A DNA stretch of 63,754 bases, the filler included, from Pelomyxa schiedti (Eukaryota > Protista > Evosea): NCBI GenBank assembly GCA_020536535.1. It is 6 parts of 6 records of this genome, joined end to end, with 100 filler letters (N's around TTAATTAATTAA, not from the genome) between each part and the next. Parts side by side here need not be neighbours in the genome. Positions count along the whole stretch, not along the records: positions 29,669 to 53,040 come from JAHLWZ010000139.1; positions 53,141 to 56,745 come from JAHLWZ010001725.1; positions 56,846 to 60,820 come from JAHLWZ010001658.1; 3 more parts are not named here. The stretch is one strand, 5' to 3'. The notes under the pieces are model-generated. The model did not search any database. It was not told the origin of the DNA and saw only the letters and a program-made list of their open reading frames with translations. A program made the position numbers and the translations under genes. Positions 47,441 to 57,930 of the stretch are shown here, one piece after another; position 1 is the first letter of the stretch; every line of letters starts with the position of its first letter.

Positions 47441-50400
47441 TTACAAATTGCCGCGGTATTCTGTCACTTTACATTTACATCCCCAATTCTTTTTTCAAGA
47501 CTGGTTCCAGTGTCTCCAATACATTCACAAAAGCTGTTGTGTGAAGGGTTAGAAGGGAGGAAGAGGTTCAAAAGAACCCACTTGGCCTGTCTTCGGGCTT
47601 ATGACTCCACGTCGAGGAAATTAGTTGTGCATACGTACTAGGGCACTCAGGGGGTATTGTCTCCCGTTGACCAGAAATTACAAATTCATCTAGTGGGGTT
47701 GTTAGTCATCCACACAGAAGTCAAGTCCAGAGTGCAACATACAGAAGTCGTCAACGTGGATGTAGGGCACGGACTCGGTATAAAGCTGCCACAGCATCAC
47801 TCCATAACTAAATACATCTGCCGGTGGTCCGTACTCCTGTTTGTGCAAGATTTCTAGGAACTGTTACCTAAAGGGATTATCTCATGTGGTACCTGGGGCC
47901 ATATCTGTGTTGAGGGGTGTCATTATGTGCGAATTCAATTTGAAAAGTACATGTTGGAGTGCCAATAAGTAATGTCATCTGTCTGGCAGATGAGGCAGTT
48001 ACATTTGACGTATCTGCCAGTATGACTCTGGTTCCCACTGACCTAGAGGTTCCAAAATCGGAAACCTTAGAGATTTAAGTTCTGTAGGCAGATGGAAGAA
48101 ATTTACCTTGCAGGCAGTTTGTGCATTCTTATCAAGTGAAACGACTAGAACTAAAACAAGTTATGCACGAAATATTTTACAGTTTGAAGTAAACCATTGT
48201 CCGGCTGTGAGGGATTAGCTTCAAGGGAGGGAAAAAAAAAGGAAGTAAAAGACACACTTTCAAATCTCTATGAACCATACTATTTCCATGCTAGAAACTG
48301 ATTAAAAAATGGAAGAGAAGGGAAAAAAATATCATAGGGCAAACCAAGTATGCCATTCCTTAAATCAGAGTCAGAAGACTAAACTGAGCAAAAATGAATA
48401 AACCTGTTGCAACATCGTGTGCTATTTTGATTTTAAGTCCCCAGTCCAGTCCTTTGCGGTTCTGGGTATTTTCTTCAGCAAGGGAAAAAAAATGTGATGA
48501 TGAGCAACCTTCAAAACAGAAGCAAGACTTCCGTAAGGCATGTACTCCTGTTTGAAGGTAAGAGCAGAAAAAGTTAACAGTAGAACTCACTGTAACAAGG
48601 CAAAGCTAGAACAGACAAATACAAGGTTGCAGAAGTTTCTATAAGTATAAAGATTTAGAAACGGAATTTACCTTTTCTGCAACTGACACCCTTTAATACA
48701 AGTTAGATACCAGGTGTAGTTGTTTATTGAAACATACGCGCCAATGAAATTTACAATCTGAGAATGTCGCAGTTGGGTCATGAGACTGACCTCTCTTGGA
48801 AGTTGTAAGATTACAGTAATAAATTACAAAGGGTAACCGTTTAAATTCCAGTAACCCAGAATCTGTAGGGTGTTGATCTTTTAGATGTTTGATAGCAACA
48901 GCTGCATGGTGATACTTTCCCTTCCTGAATGACATTTGGAAAAGCCTGAAGAAGAAAATATAAGCTTACCAAACCATTGCAAAGCTGCCTTCGCCAATTG
49001 GTTCATCAAAGATTAAGTCCATATAATTCAGCTAAAAAAAATATGTTGGTAGCCAAGGGAAGAAAAAAGCTCACGTGAGTTGAAAGAGCACTGGCTAAAC
49101 CAACATGTATCTTGTTACAAAATTCGGCTTGTGATTCTGTCAGAATCTTAAATTTCCTTTTTGCTAGAAGTGGACTTTGCAAAGAAACCAAGAAAAAAGC
49201 AGGGACTACCTCCAGAAGATAAAAGGTATATATTTATATCAATTGACATTGTACAAATAACTTTGAGAGTAAGATTAAATTTTACTTCTTTTCCCTTTTT
49301 TAAGGTCAAGGTTAAAAAAATGAGAAAAAAGAACCTTTTTGATAAGAAAAGATGGGGGATCAATATTGACAGTCCAACGATCATCTGGGGGCACAAGGAA
49401 GGACACGAATATTGAGTGACCTGTATTTTTGACTACCACAGCATCATGCAGTTCCTAAGAAATAATTATTCCTTAGGAACAGTTTGTATTGATATGAGCC
49501 TTGAGCACATACTGTGTCAACAGCTCCAGGTTCTGTCTCACAACCAAAGGCAAGATTTTCAGGTTTAACCTTGTGAAAGAGTCAGTGATTTTAGGGGCAT
49601 GGAGAAGAGACAATAAGCTGGCTAGTACTGGTCTGTGGTGGAGCAGAGAAGGAAGGTGGTAAGAAAACAGGTTTGTTGATTTTGGATATCAAGAGTTGTT
49701 GGCGGGTACTTGGAGGATGGTCAGTGGCAGAGTTAGAGGAAGGAGGGGTAGGTGTGTTACTGCCAGATCTCTCTTTTGTGTCAGGTGTAGATACAGGAGA
49801 GGGAGTTGGAAGTGGAGAGCTTGAGGACTTCCTCATTTGGGGTGGATCACAACTCCTTCTTCTCCCCCCTTCTTTATTAGATGAGTCAGGGTGCGTGGGA
49901 GAAGGAAGTTGTGGTGAGGATACTGTTTGTGATGGGGGTTTTTCAGGTGGAGGCTGGGTGTCTGCCTGTGTATTAGTAGAGGCCACTTTGTGTGGGTCTC
50001 CAGGAGTCGTGGTACGCTCAAGGTCTTGTTGGGATGGCTGGGTAACAGCTGAGGCAGGCTGGGAAGATTTTTGGTGGTTACCCTGGAGACCCTGATGATG
50101 GTGATGCGTCTGTGGGGATGCCTGTGCTTGGGGAGATGATGGGGGTTGCCCTGGGTGACAAGGTTGTGTAGGTTTTGTATGCTGTGGTTGGTAATGTGGA
50201 TCATCAGTTTGTGGATAATTCACGTGTTGCAAATCTCCCTGTTGGTACTGAGCTTGTGGGTATTGATAATGTGCCTGTGGATAAGGGGGTGCATATTGAG
50301 GTTGTGAGTAGACTTGTGGATATTGGGATGGCCAGTCTTGATAGGTTTCTGGGTGAGGACCGCCTGGTTGTGTGTACTGTGGGACATATGAATATTGTTC

Positions 50401-51197
50401 CTGCCATCCTGGTTGTGGCTGCCACTGTTGTGGAGGAAGTTGTTTTTGTGCCCACATTTGCGGAGGCCATGTTTGCCCAACATATGCAGCGGGATCAGTC
50501 CCCGTTTCAAAGAAATAGAGCTGTGGTGGAAGCGCAACACCACTTTTACTACGAATAAACGACTTGCCAGTACTGTTGAGCTGCAACCCATATCTTCAAA
50601 ACCAATTACAGAGTTAATTCAGAGAATTTGTCCAATGTCCTAGCGAAAATCACCAAAGATGATTACATACTTTGTGGAGTAACTCAATTTCTCAGTGACC
50701 ACACCAAGCCACAATTCAGTCTCAGAAACCCACATGATCCTCTCTGGTTGGACAGGCAGGGGCGACGCGCCGCTCGGGCTGAACACAGACTGCCTCGCCT
50801 CGAGCGACATGTCCATCGGCCTGTCGAACTGCACCGACACGGCGCTCACGCCCCTCGGCGCCACGTCCCTCGCGCCCATCGCAGGGTTGAACGACACCAC
50901 CCGCGGCGCCGCCGGGTTGACGTTGTTGCCCCCCCCGCCGTTGCTGCTGCCGCTGCTGCCGTTGCTGTTGCTGGTGCCCGTGCTGCTGCCGGGGGTGGTG
51001 GTGGTGGTGTGGTGGGGCTTTGCAGGCGTCGTGGTGGGTGAGACGCACGGGGTGATGTTCGGCTTTGGGTGCGACGACGAAGACGACGTGGTGGAGGCGC
51101 TGGCGGAGACGGACGGTATCGAAGGGCTCGCGATCGGAGCAGATCGGGACAGATCGTTGGACGTCGGTGGCGCAGCGCGACACGACGAGTGTCGCAT
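47441..51197 (-). CDS. Tyrosine-kinase-like (TKL) protein kinase with N-terminal bacterial-Ig-like (Big_5-type) domain and Q/P/Y-rich linker
   Basis: IGEGSFAMVFRKGKY...VAIK, MVHRDLK-PDNVLV, VSDFGTSR, GTPTYMAP, PADVFSYGVMLW; N-terminal PRVVSFNPAMGARDVAP...VSVQFDRPMD. Confidence 0.8.
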
Positions 51198-51546
51198 CGG
51201 CTCCGGCTAAAGTTTCCCTTCCTTTTTTTCCCTTTGTACTTTTTTTTTGGTTTCGCAAAAACAGTGAATCGGAAAGTTTGGAAGTGGTTTGCAGGGGCGG
51301 TGCAATATCTCCCCATAAAAGCTTCTTCTCTGCAATGTTCCATTGCTCCAGAGCAGTACAAGCTTTGAAATGGATAGTCCTTCTTGTCCTGTTGGGGGGC
51401 ACGTGTGCACTGCAGCTGTTCGTCCAATTGGAATCTGACAATTAGTACCAACTGGACCACATCTGTCAAATGTCATCCTGTCTGTACAGAAATCACAATG
51501 GCCCTTTTTACTGTAGCAAGGGTAGGGAATAGAATGAATTGTTTTA

Positions 51547-52698
51547 TTATGTTTCAAAAGGTTTTGCCAAGCAATCTGGATCATATCGAATAGGAAGTGG
51601 AAGGAGCCAGAGTTCCCGGTACTGGAAGGAAGGGGGACCATCAACATAGGTCTTGAATGGTTTCTGTACACAAAACGGGGGCAGAATAACGTTCACAGGC
51701 CGATAGGGATCTGTTTGGTTTGCAAGTTCAATGTTTTTCTGTGTGAAAGAGTTAGACACAGAATGGTGTGAAAGAGCATACCGTTTTTAGGTGGTTGTTG
51801 GTGATAAGAAGCCATTTTGCACCAGATGCTTCAGCGCTTCGAAAAGCAGCCTTGATCAGATCGTTTGGCAAGTGGAAGAGCGTGTCACGAATGAGGACTA
51901 CATCTGGAGGAGGTTCAATGTCAAGAGTTCTCCTTGTGAAATCTAAGAATGCAAAGTGCCAGTGTGATTGGTGTGCAAATTTTTCTCTGTGATCTAGAAT
52001 GAGACTCCGAACAGCATCAGTTCCAAAGTACTCAATTGTGATGTTGTACTTTTCTTCCATGCTATGGAGAAATATTGGCATCCACACCATGGACCCACAA
52101 GACGCGTCCCATAAGCGTCTCATATTCAGGTGCAATGTGAGGTCCTGTAGGGCTTCTATAGTGAAAATTGCAAACTGGATTTGGGTTCTGATCAGTATGA
52201 AAAAGAGGAAACACGGAAATACCTTCATTTCTGATCCAGCACCAGAGAGACCCCCTTTAAGCCCCCATTTCTTTTTCTCATATATTGCCTCAAATATCTG
52301 GAGTCAGGCATTATTTTATCTCAATGCCATAAACAAAAAATACCGCAGTCAAGTTATTTGGGGTGGATTCAGCTGAAAGTTGAGGAGTTAGAAAGCAATA
52401 ATGGAATATTTATTAGAGAACATACTCAAACAACCAAACTCTGGGAAAACTGCGCCAGTAACACATTGCTTACAATTACCACTGGAATCACAAACTGCGC
52501 AGCTATTTTTGCAACCTCTATTACTCCTCATAGTGCCATTGTCAACGATTTGGTGTCCAAAGACAACAAGGTAAACAAATAAAACCTACGGAAGGGTTGG
52601 CTCATTTATGTTGCTTTTGGGTGGTTGTTTCTTTTACCAACTTGGAAAAATAAACACAGCAAGACAACCGCAAACCACCACACCACGGCCCGCCGCAT
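51547..52698 (-). CDS. Putative type II membrane-anchored SAM-dependent methyltransferase
   Basis: Hydrophobic start MRRAVVWWFAVVLLCLFFQ-VLFVYLVVF; LWDASCGSMVWM, YFGTDAV, DVVLIRDTLFHL, YRPVNVILPPF. Confidence 0.65.
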
Positions 52699-52828
52699 CA
52701 ATCCGTAAATTTGATGGAAGCAGCGTACTTTGTTTTCGGAATGTTGTAGTTACATGGATACTATGAGTGCAAGCTATTTTGCGGATCCTTCCAAGCATAG
52801 ATGGCATTCCTTTCACTGTATTTTTTTC

Positions 52829-53040
52829 TCAAGTTGTTCGATTCGCGGCAGCGGCGTTCTTGGCAGCCTCCAGAGCCAGTTTTGCGGCCAGGGCATCGGC
52901 CTCGTACGTCCAAGGCACGTAAACTCTGTCGTGGATGACGCCCTGAGCCTTGAGCGCTTTCATCTGCGGCTGCGAGTCCAACCTCTCAGAGAACAAAGTG
53001 TAGGTGGCAGGGTGCTTCAAGATTTGGTCCGAGTAATGAT
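52829..53040 (-). CDS. C-terminal fragment of a gene cut by the scaffold end
   Basis: Frame open from the gap (HYSDQILKHPATY...) to a stop at 52829. Confidence 0.45.
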
Positions 53041-53084
53041 NNNNNNNNNNNNNNNNNNNNNNNNNNNNNNNNNNNNNNNNNNNN

Positions 53085-53096
53085 TTAATTAATTAA
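53085..53096. other. Artificial six-frame-stop scaffold linker
   Basis: TTAATTAATTAA within N run 53041-53140. Confidence 0.97.
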
Positions 53097-53140
53097 NNNN
53101 NNNNNNNNNNNNNNNNNNNNNNNNNNNNNNNNNNNNNNNN

Positions 53141-53487
53141 AAACCACCCTCAATGGTGGTGGACAACTGGTGCTCAAGTCACTTTTTACTCTCGAAATGA
53201 TCATTTGCCCAACCTGGAGTTGCAAAAAGGTGGATTACACACACTTTGCAGAAGAGGACAAAACCAACCACACTGTGAATGTGTTCTCAACTGGTGATGA
53301 CTTTGGGAGACCTGTTCGCATCTTTGCACTAAATGGTAGGTTCCTATGTGGGAATGGCATCATTGCATTGACCCAACAAGAGGAGAGGTGCTTTCCAGAG
53401 GGGTGCTATGACTTTGTTGATGCAGTCACTGGCACTTGGCTGTTGCGCTGCCGACTGCCTTGTGTGTTGCACATGGCTGCTTCATGA
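53141..53487 (+). CDS. Family B paralog, 3' fragment
   Basis: KVDYTHFAEEDKTNHTVNVFSTGDDFGRPV...DFVDAVTGTWLL matches the ends of 54105-55439 and 55521-56745. Confidence 0.7.
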
Positions 53488-53569
53488 ACCACATGAATGA
53501 ACTAAAAAAAACAAACAGGAGTTTCTTAGCGGAACTAGATTGGAAAAGCCTCTGTGGCTGCTGTTTTTG

Positions 53570-53990
53570 AGAGCAGAATCATATGAGGTCAATGTGCATG
53601 CCCACAGCGTCCTGAATCACAACAAACCCGTTTCCACAGTGCATGTCAGTCAGAAGGGGAAACACAAGCACAGGGAAGTCAAATTCATTCAGTGGAGAAC
53701 GCACTCAGTGTGTGCTGATGCGTGTCCTCCACTGAAAAGTGCACAATCAATCTTGTGCACAGGGTGGTCAGAGCAGCGCCACATTTTGAGGTTCCGAGGA
53801 GATGGTCTCCTCAATGGATTCCCAGTGAGTTTCGATGCACAAGATTTCGCGGTCCTTGCCAGCTCCCCCTTTCACTGTCAACAGCGCTGTTGTCATCATC
53901 AACCAGGAATCCAATCCTCCTCCCATTCTCATCACTCAGTGGTTGGGATGGTGATGATGATGGCGAGGAGCGAACAGCAAACGGCCCTTG
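53570..53990 (-). pseudogene. Inverted, frameshifted family B remnant
   Basis: Minus-strand pieces HPVHKIDCALFSGG...TLSAFST and NEFDFPVLVFPLLTDMHCGNGFVVI lie in different frames and align to the family B C-terminus. Confidence 0.6.
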
Positions 53991-54146
53991 TGGTTGTAGG
54001 TTGCATGTACTACTCCTTGTCGTTGATAGATTGTCTGCGTCTTGGTATTATTTATTGGCTGCTTACCACAACTCAGCATCATCAAAAGTTGACCGTGGGG
54101 CTGATTGATGGCTTTCCCCGAAATCAACGAATCCTGTGTCTGTGAA

Positions 54147-55439
54147 ATGTCTGGCAACAACACGTCGCAGGCCCCACGACGGCGTGTCCCTCGAAAGCTG
54201 GAAGAGATTGTTCCTGGGACTCCGGCGTCACCAGGTCACGTTGTCCTGGCACGCGACCAACTCGTCGCGCTGCTCGCCTGCGTGTCCTTTCCGCATTGTG
54301 GGACACACAGCCCAGCCAGGGTGCTCCCCGCTCGCGTTGTCATCGACGAAATCGGAGCCACGTGGGTCACGCACGTCGACAGGAGGATCGCGATTATGGG
54401 CGACCACTTGCTCCCAGACCCCTCTGTCGACGACACCGACGACATCATCCGGCATTACGTGTTTGTTGGCGTGTCACCGACCCTCGGGGTCGTTGGTCTG
54501 TGGGCCTGCAGGGCCAGCTCCAAGTCCGCATTTGGTTGCATGCGCATCATTCCAGCAGGGCTGTTTGGCGACCGGCTTGGCGTGATGGAAGGAACCAGGG
54601 ATGGAAAGATCGGGATAGCCAATCTGGTGACACACGAGGTGAGGGAGGTGGACGACCCAGGGTTCGTTGGCACGTGGACGTACAGAGTGTGCAGCGGGAG
54701 GAAGTGGGTGGTGATCTGGGATTGTGTGAAACCGCAACAGATTGTGGTGCTGTCTGTGAGTGGGTTGGTGCAGCCCTTCCATCGCCGTCCATGGCAGGAG
54801 AGTGATAACGAAAGCTATTGGAAGATTGTGAACGTGGGAAGGAAGGCACTTTTGGTGAGTGTTTTTATGAACACCAATGATTGTGATGGAGACGACGACG
54901 ACGAGGCTACATTTGTGACGAGAGAGTACGGAAGCGTGACGATGGTGGACATGTGGCATGTGGATTTGAAAAGGTCGTTTGAGTCTGGTGAACTGTCTGT
55001 CACTGGAACGTTCTGTGGGTTTGCAACGCTGGTGGAGATCATTCGCACAACAGCTGTTTATCACTCAAAAGAACACAAGGTAATTTTGTCCTTGCCAAAT
55101 GCAGATGGCACCACGACTCAATGGAAGTCAATCTCCCCATCACAGCTGCCCATCATTCTTCACGAGTCACATTGCCCAATCACCATGGTGGATAATTCAT
55201 ACTTTGCAGAGGAGGACAGAGCAAGTGAGACCCTGAGAGTGTTCTCAACTGATGACTTCGATCACCCTGTGCACGTGTTCCCACTGAGGCGCAAGGACAT
55301 CAAGGTACTCTGTGGGAATGGTCTCATTGTGCTCTGGGATGAGGGCCACTTTGATGTCTTCGACGCAGTCACTGGCACTTGGCTGCTACACCAACCATCA
55401 CACCGCCCAATCCACAAGCTGTCACTTCGTGCCTTGTGA
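54147..55439 (+). CDS. Family B paralog, full length, intronless
   Basis: ARDQLVALLACVSFPHCGTHSPA motif then beta-rich region ending DVFDAVTGTWLL. Confidence 0.85.
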   Translation: MSGNNTSQAPRRRVPRKLEEIVPGTPASPGHVVLARDQLVALLACVSFPHCGTHSPARVLPARVVIDEIGATWVTHVDRRIAIMGDHLLPDPSVDDTDDIIRHYVFVGVSPTLGVVGLWACRASSKSAFGCMRIIPAGLFGDRLGVMEGTRDGKIGIANLVTHEVREVDDPGFVGTWTYRVCSGRKWVVIWDCVKPQQIVVLSVSGLVQPFHRRPWQESDNESYWKIVNVGRKALLVSVFMNTNDCDGDDDDEATFVTREYGSVTMVDMWHVDLKRSFESGELSVTGTFCGFATLVEIIRTTAVYHSKEHKVILSLPNADGTTTQWKSISPSQLPIILHESHCPITMVDNSYFAEEDRASETLRVFSTDDFDHPVHVFPLRRKDIKVLCGNGLIVLWDEGHFDVFDAVTGTWLLHQPSHRPIHKLSLRAL

Positions 55440-55520
55440 AGGTGATGTTTTTCTTCACTCAGCTCTATGTGTTGGCAAAAAAAAAATTGAACTTGAAACT
55501 CCCAAAAAAAAAACTCAACA

Positions 55521-56745
55521 ATGAACGAGGAACGACGAGGACGAGGACTGCCACTCGGCGTGCGCGGCATACTACCCCCGCCCAGCCAAGTCCTGCTCGC
55601 ACGCGACCAGCTCGCCGCCCTGCTCGCGTGCGTCGCGGTGCCCCGCTGCGGCGCCCGCAGCCCAGCGTCCCTCGCGCCCCACGCCGTGCTCGCGCGCGAC
55701 ATCGGCGCGCGGTTCGTCATGCGCGTCGACAGGAGGCTCGCCATCAGCGGCCACAACCTGGTGTCCGCGGCGCCGCAACAACAACCGGGGAGTGGTGTCA
55801 CCACGGAGGAGGAGGAGGAGGAGGCTGGCGGCGGCGGCGGCGGCGGCGGCGGCAAAGTCGATCCGTTCAACGTGGTGGTTGTGGGCGTGTCGCATACGCT
55901 GGGTGTGGTGGAGATGAGGGGATGGTGCGGGATCGAACGAAGCTTGGTTACGTTCGTGTTTGCGTGGAGTGGCGTTGGCTGGTCCCTGCCGATCCTGGAT
56001 ACGTCGAAGATCGCCGTGGTGGACCTGGCCGACATGACGGCCGCGGTGGAGGAGGTGCGTGGCGTGGGCCCTGTGAATGGGTCGCTGGAGATATGCAAGG
56101 GGTCCAAGTGGGCTGTCCTATACCCAAGGCACGATGCTGTAGGATCAGGGAGGATTGCTATACTGCCACTTGGAGGATTGCATGGAGGGGGGGCCTGCAA
56201 AGCTGTGGATGTGCCCGGGGAGGTCGCAGGGGCTGATATGATCAACGAGAATGAGGTGGCACTGTTTACGAGAACTGGAATTGCTGACACCACAGCTTCT
56301 GGGCAATTCCATCTGATCTGTGTGGACTTGGAAAAGAGCTATGAGTCAGAACAGGAGGTTGCTGTTATCACTGGCTCGTTCTGCGGAGTCGACAGCTGCG
56401 GTCTGAGAAAGATGGTTTTCACCTCCAATGAGCACAGGTTGATCTTTCCAACGCGGCTGGAGAGAGATGCCGATGGTGGTGGCTATCATCAGGAGCTCTG
56501 GTCAGTCTGTCCACCCAAGGTGCTACGCACCTGTTCCTCTGTGGACAAAGTGGATTACACGCACTTTGCAGAACAGGATAGAATCAACAAAACACTGAGA
56601 CTGTTCTCAACTGATGACTTTGAGCACCCCATCTGGATTCTCACACTCAATGGTGAGTTGAAATTCCAGGGGGGCTTCATTACCCTTCTGCACCAAGAGG
56701 AGGGACACTTCGACCTTGTTGACGCAGTCACTGGCACTTGGCTGT
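55521..56745 (+). CDS. Family B paralog, nearly full length (cut by scaffold end)
   Basis: ARDQLAALLACVAVPRCGARSPA motif; collinear with 54147-55439. Confidence 0.85.
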
Positions 56746-56789
56746 NNNNNNNNNNNNNNNNNNNNNNNNNNNNNNNNNNNNNNNNNNNN

Positions 56790-56801
56790 TTAATTAATTA
56801 A
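56790..56801. other. Artificial six-frame-stop scaffold linker
   Basis: TTAATTAATTAA within N run 56746-56845. Confidence 0.97.
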
Positions 56802-56845
56802 NNNNNNNNNNNNNNNNNNNNNNNNNNNNNNNNNNNNNNNNNNNN

Positions 56846-57802
56846 CTCACCACTGAGCACTTTGCCAAAACTTCCTGCACCAAGATTTGCGTCTCCGTTT
56901 AATACAATGTTGAGAGGCTTTTCTAACCCTGCCGGCCACTGCTCACATTCGTACAAGTGTGCAAGGTTATCCTCATGTCCAGTTTGGGGGGCACTGCTTC
57001 CCATTGGGGTCGCTGCTCCAGCAGAGGAAGTTCCGTAAGAGATTACAAGTGGAATTGTAGCAGCTGCAATTGGTCCAAGAGCAATGAAATCGTCCGTTGT
57101 ATTGCGTGAAGATGCAGTGAGTGGAATGAAATCCTCCTCCTCCTGAGTTTGTGCGTGGTGCCTCTGGTTTTGGACTGACGTAAGTGGGTGGGGGCCACTG
57201 TATTCAGAAGACGGCGCCCGAGACCTCTTGTGGGCTGGTGGGGTTTCCGTGTGTTCATGATTCTCACCAAGGGTGCGCCCTGAAGTAGTTGTAGAAAAAA
57301 CGGCAGAAGCAGTTGTAGGAGCGGGAGTGGGAATGGTAGAATTGGTCCCAGGCGTATGTTGTTGAAGTTGCGGCTGCAGCGGTGGTTGTTGTTTTTGTCT
57401 AGCCTTCAATTTTGCCCTGCGGGATTGACTTGTACTGCCCCTTTTCCTGTGGTGGCGCCTGTAATACTCAGTGTAATTCGCATTCGTGCTGTTTGTGTGT
57501 TGGCTGTTTGTGGGAATTTAATCGTCTGGTCGGTTTGGCGAAGGAAAAAAACAAAGGGGGCCTACGCACATTTCGCTCTGCGGACATTTTTCCATCCCTC
57601 TACTCTGCACCCCTGTGAGATCTGTGATGTGGTGCGGAAGATCTTCCGGTGACGCAGATGGCTGCGGCGCCGTCACACCGTCGTCCTCTTGTTCCGTTTT
57701 CTTTGTTTGTGTTTGTGTGGCCTCACCTCCGCACGTCCCTCCTAGGCTTTTTTCCCTTGTTCTTTGCTTGCCGCCTTGTTTTAGCGCCACGTGCCAAAAC
57801 AT
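56846..57802 (-). CDS. Protein kinase, N-terminal part only (truncated at scaffold end)
   Basis: Two exons joined in frame; ends with Gly-loop NLGAGSFGKVLSGE at the gap. Confidence 0.6.
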
Positions 57803-57930
57803 TCCTATGACCCCTGCACCACTCTAATAATAGCTAAAAACAGCTAAACAAAGTTCTTTTCTTTAGTAAAAAAAACTATTGGGGTTCCCGACATCAGTGT
57901 TCTAAGGCAGACACAACTTAACATTGCAAA

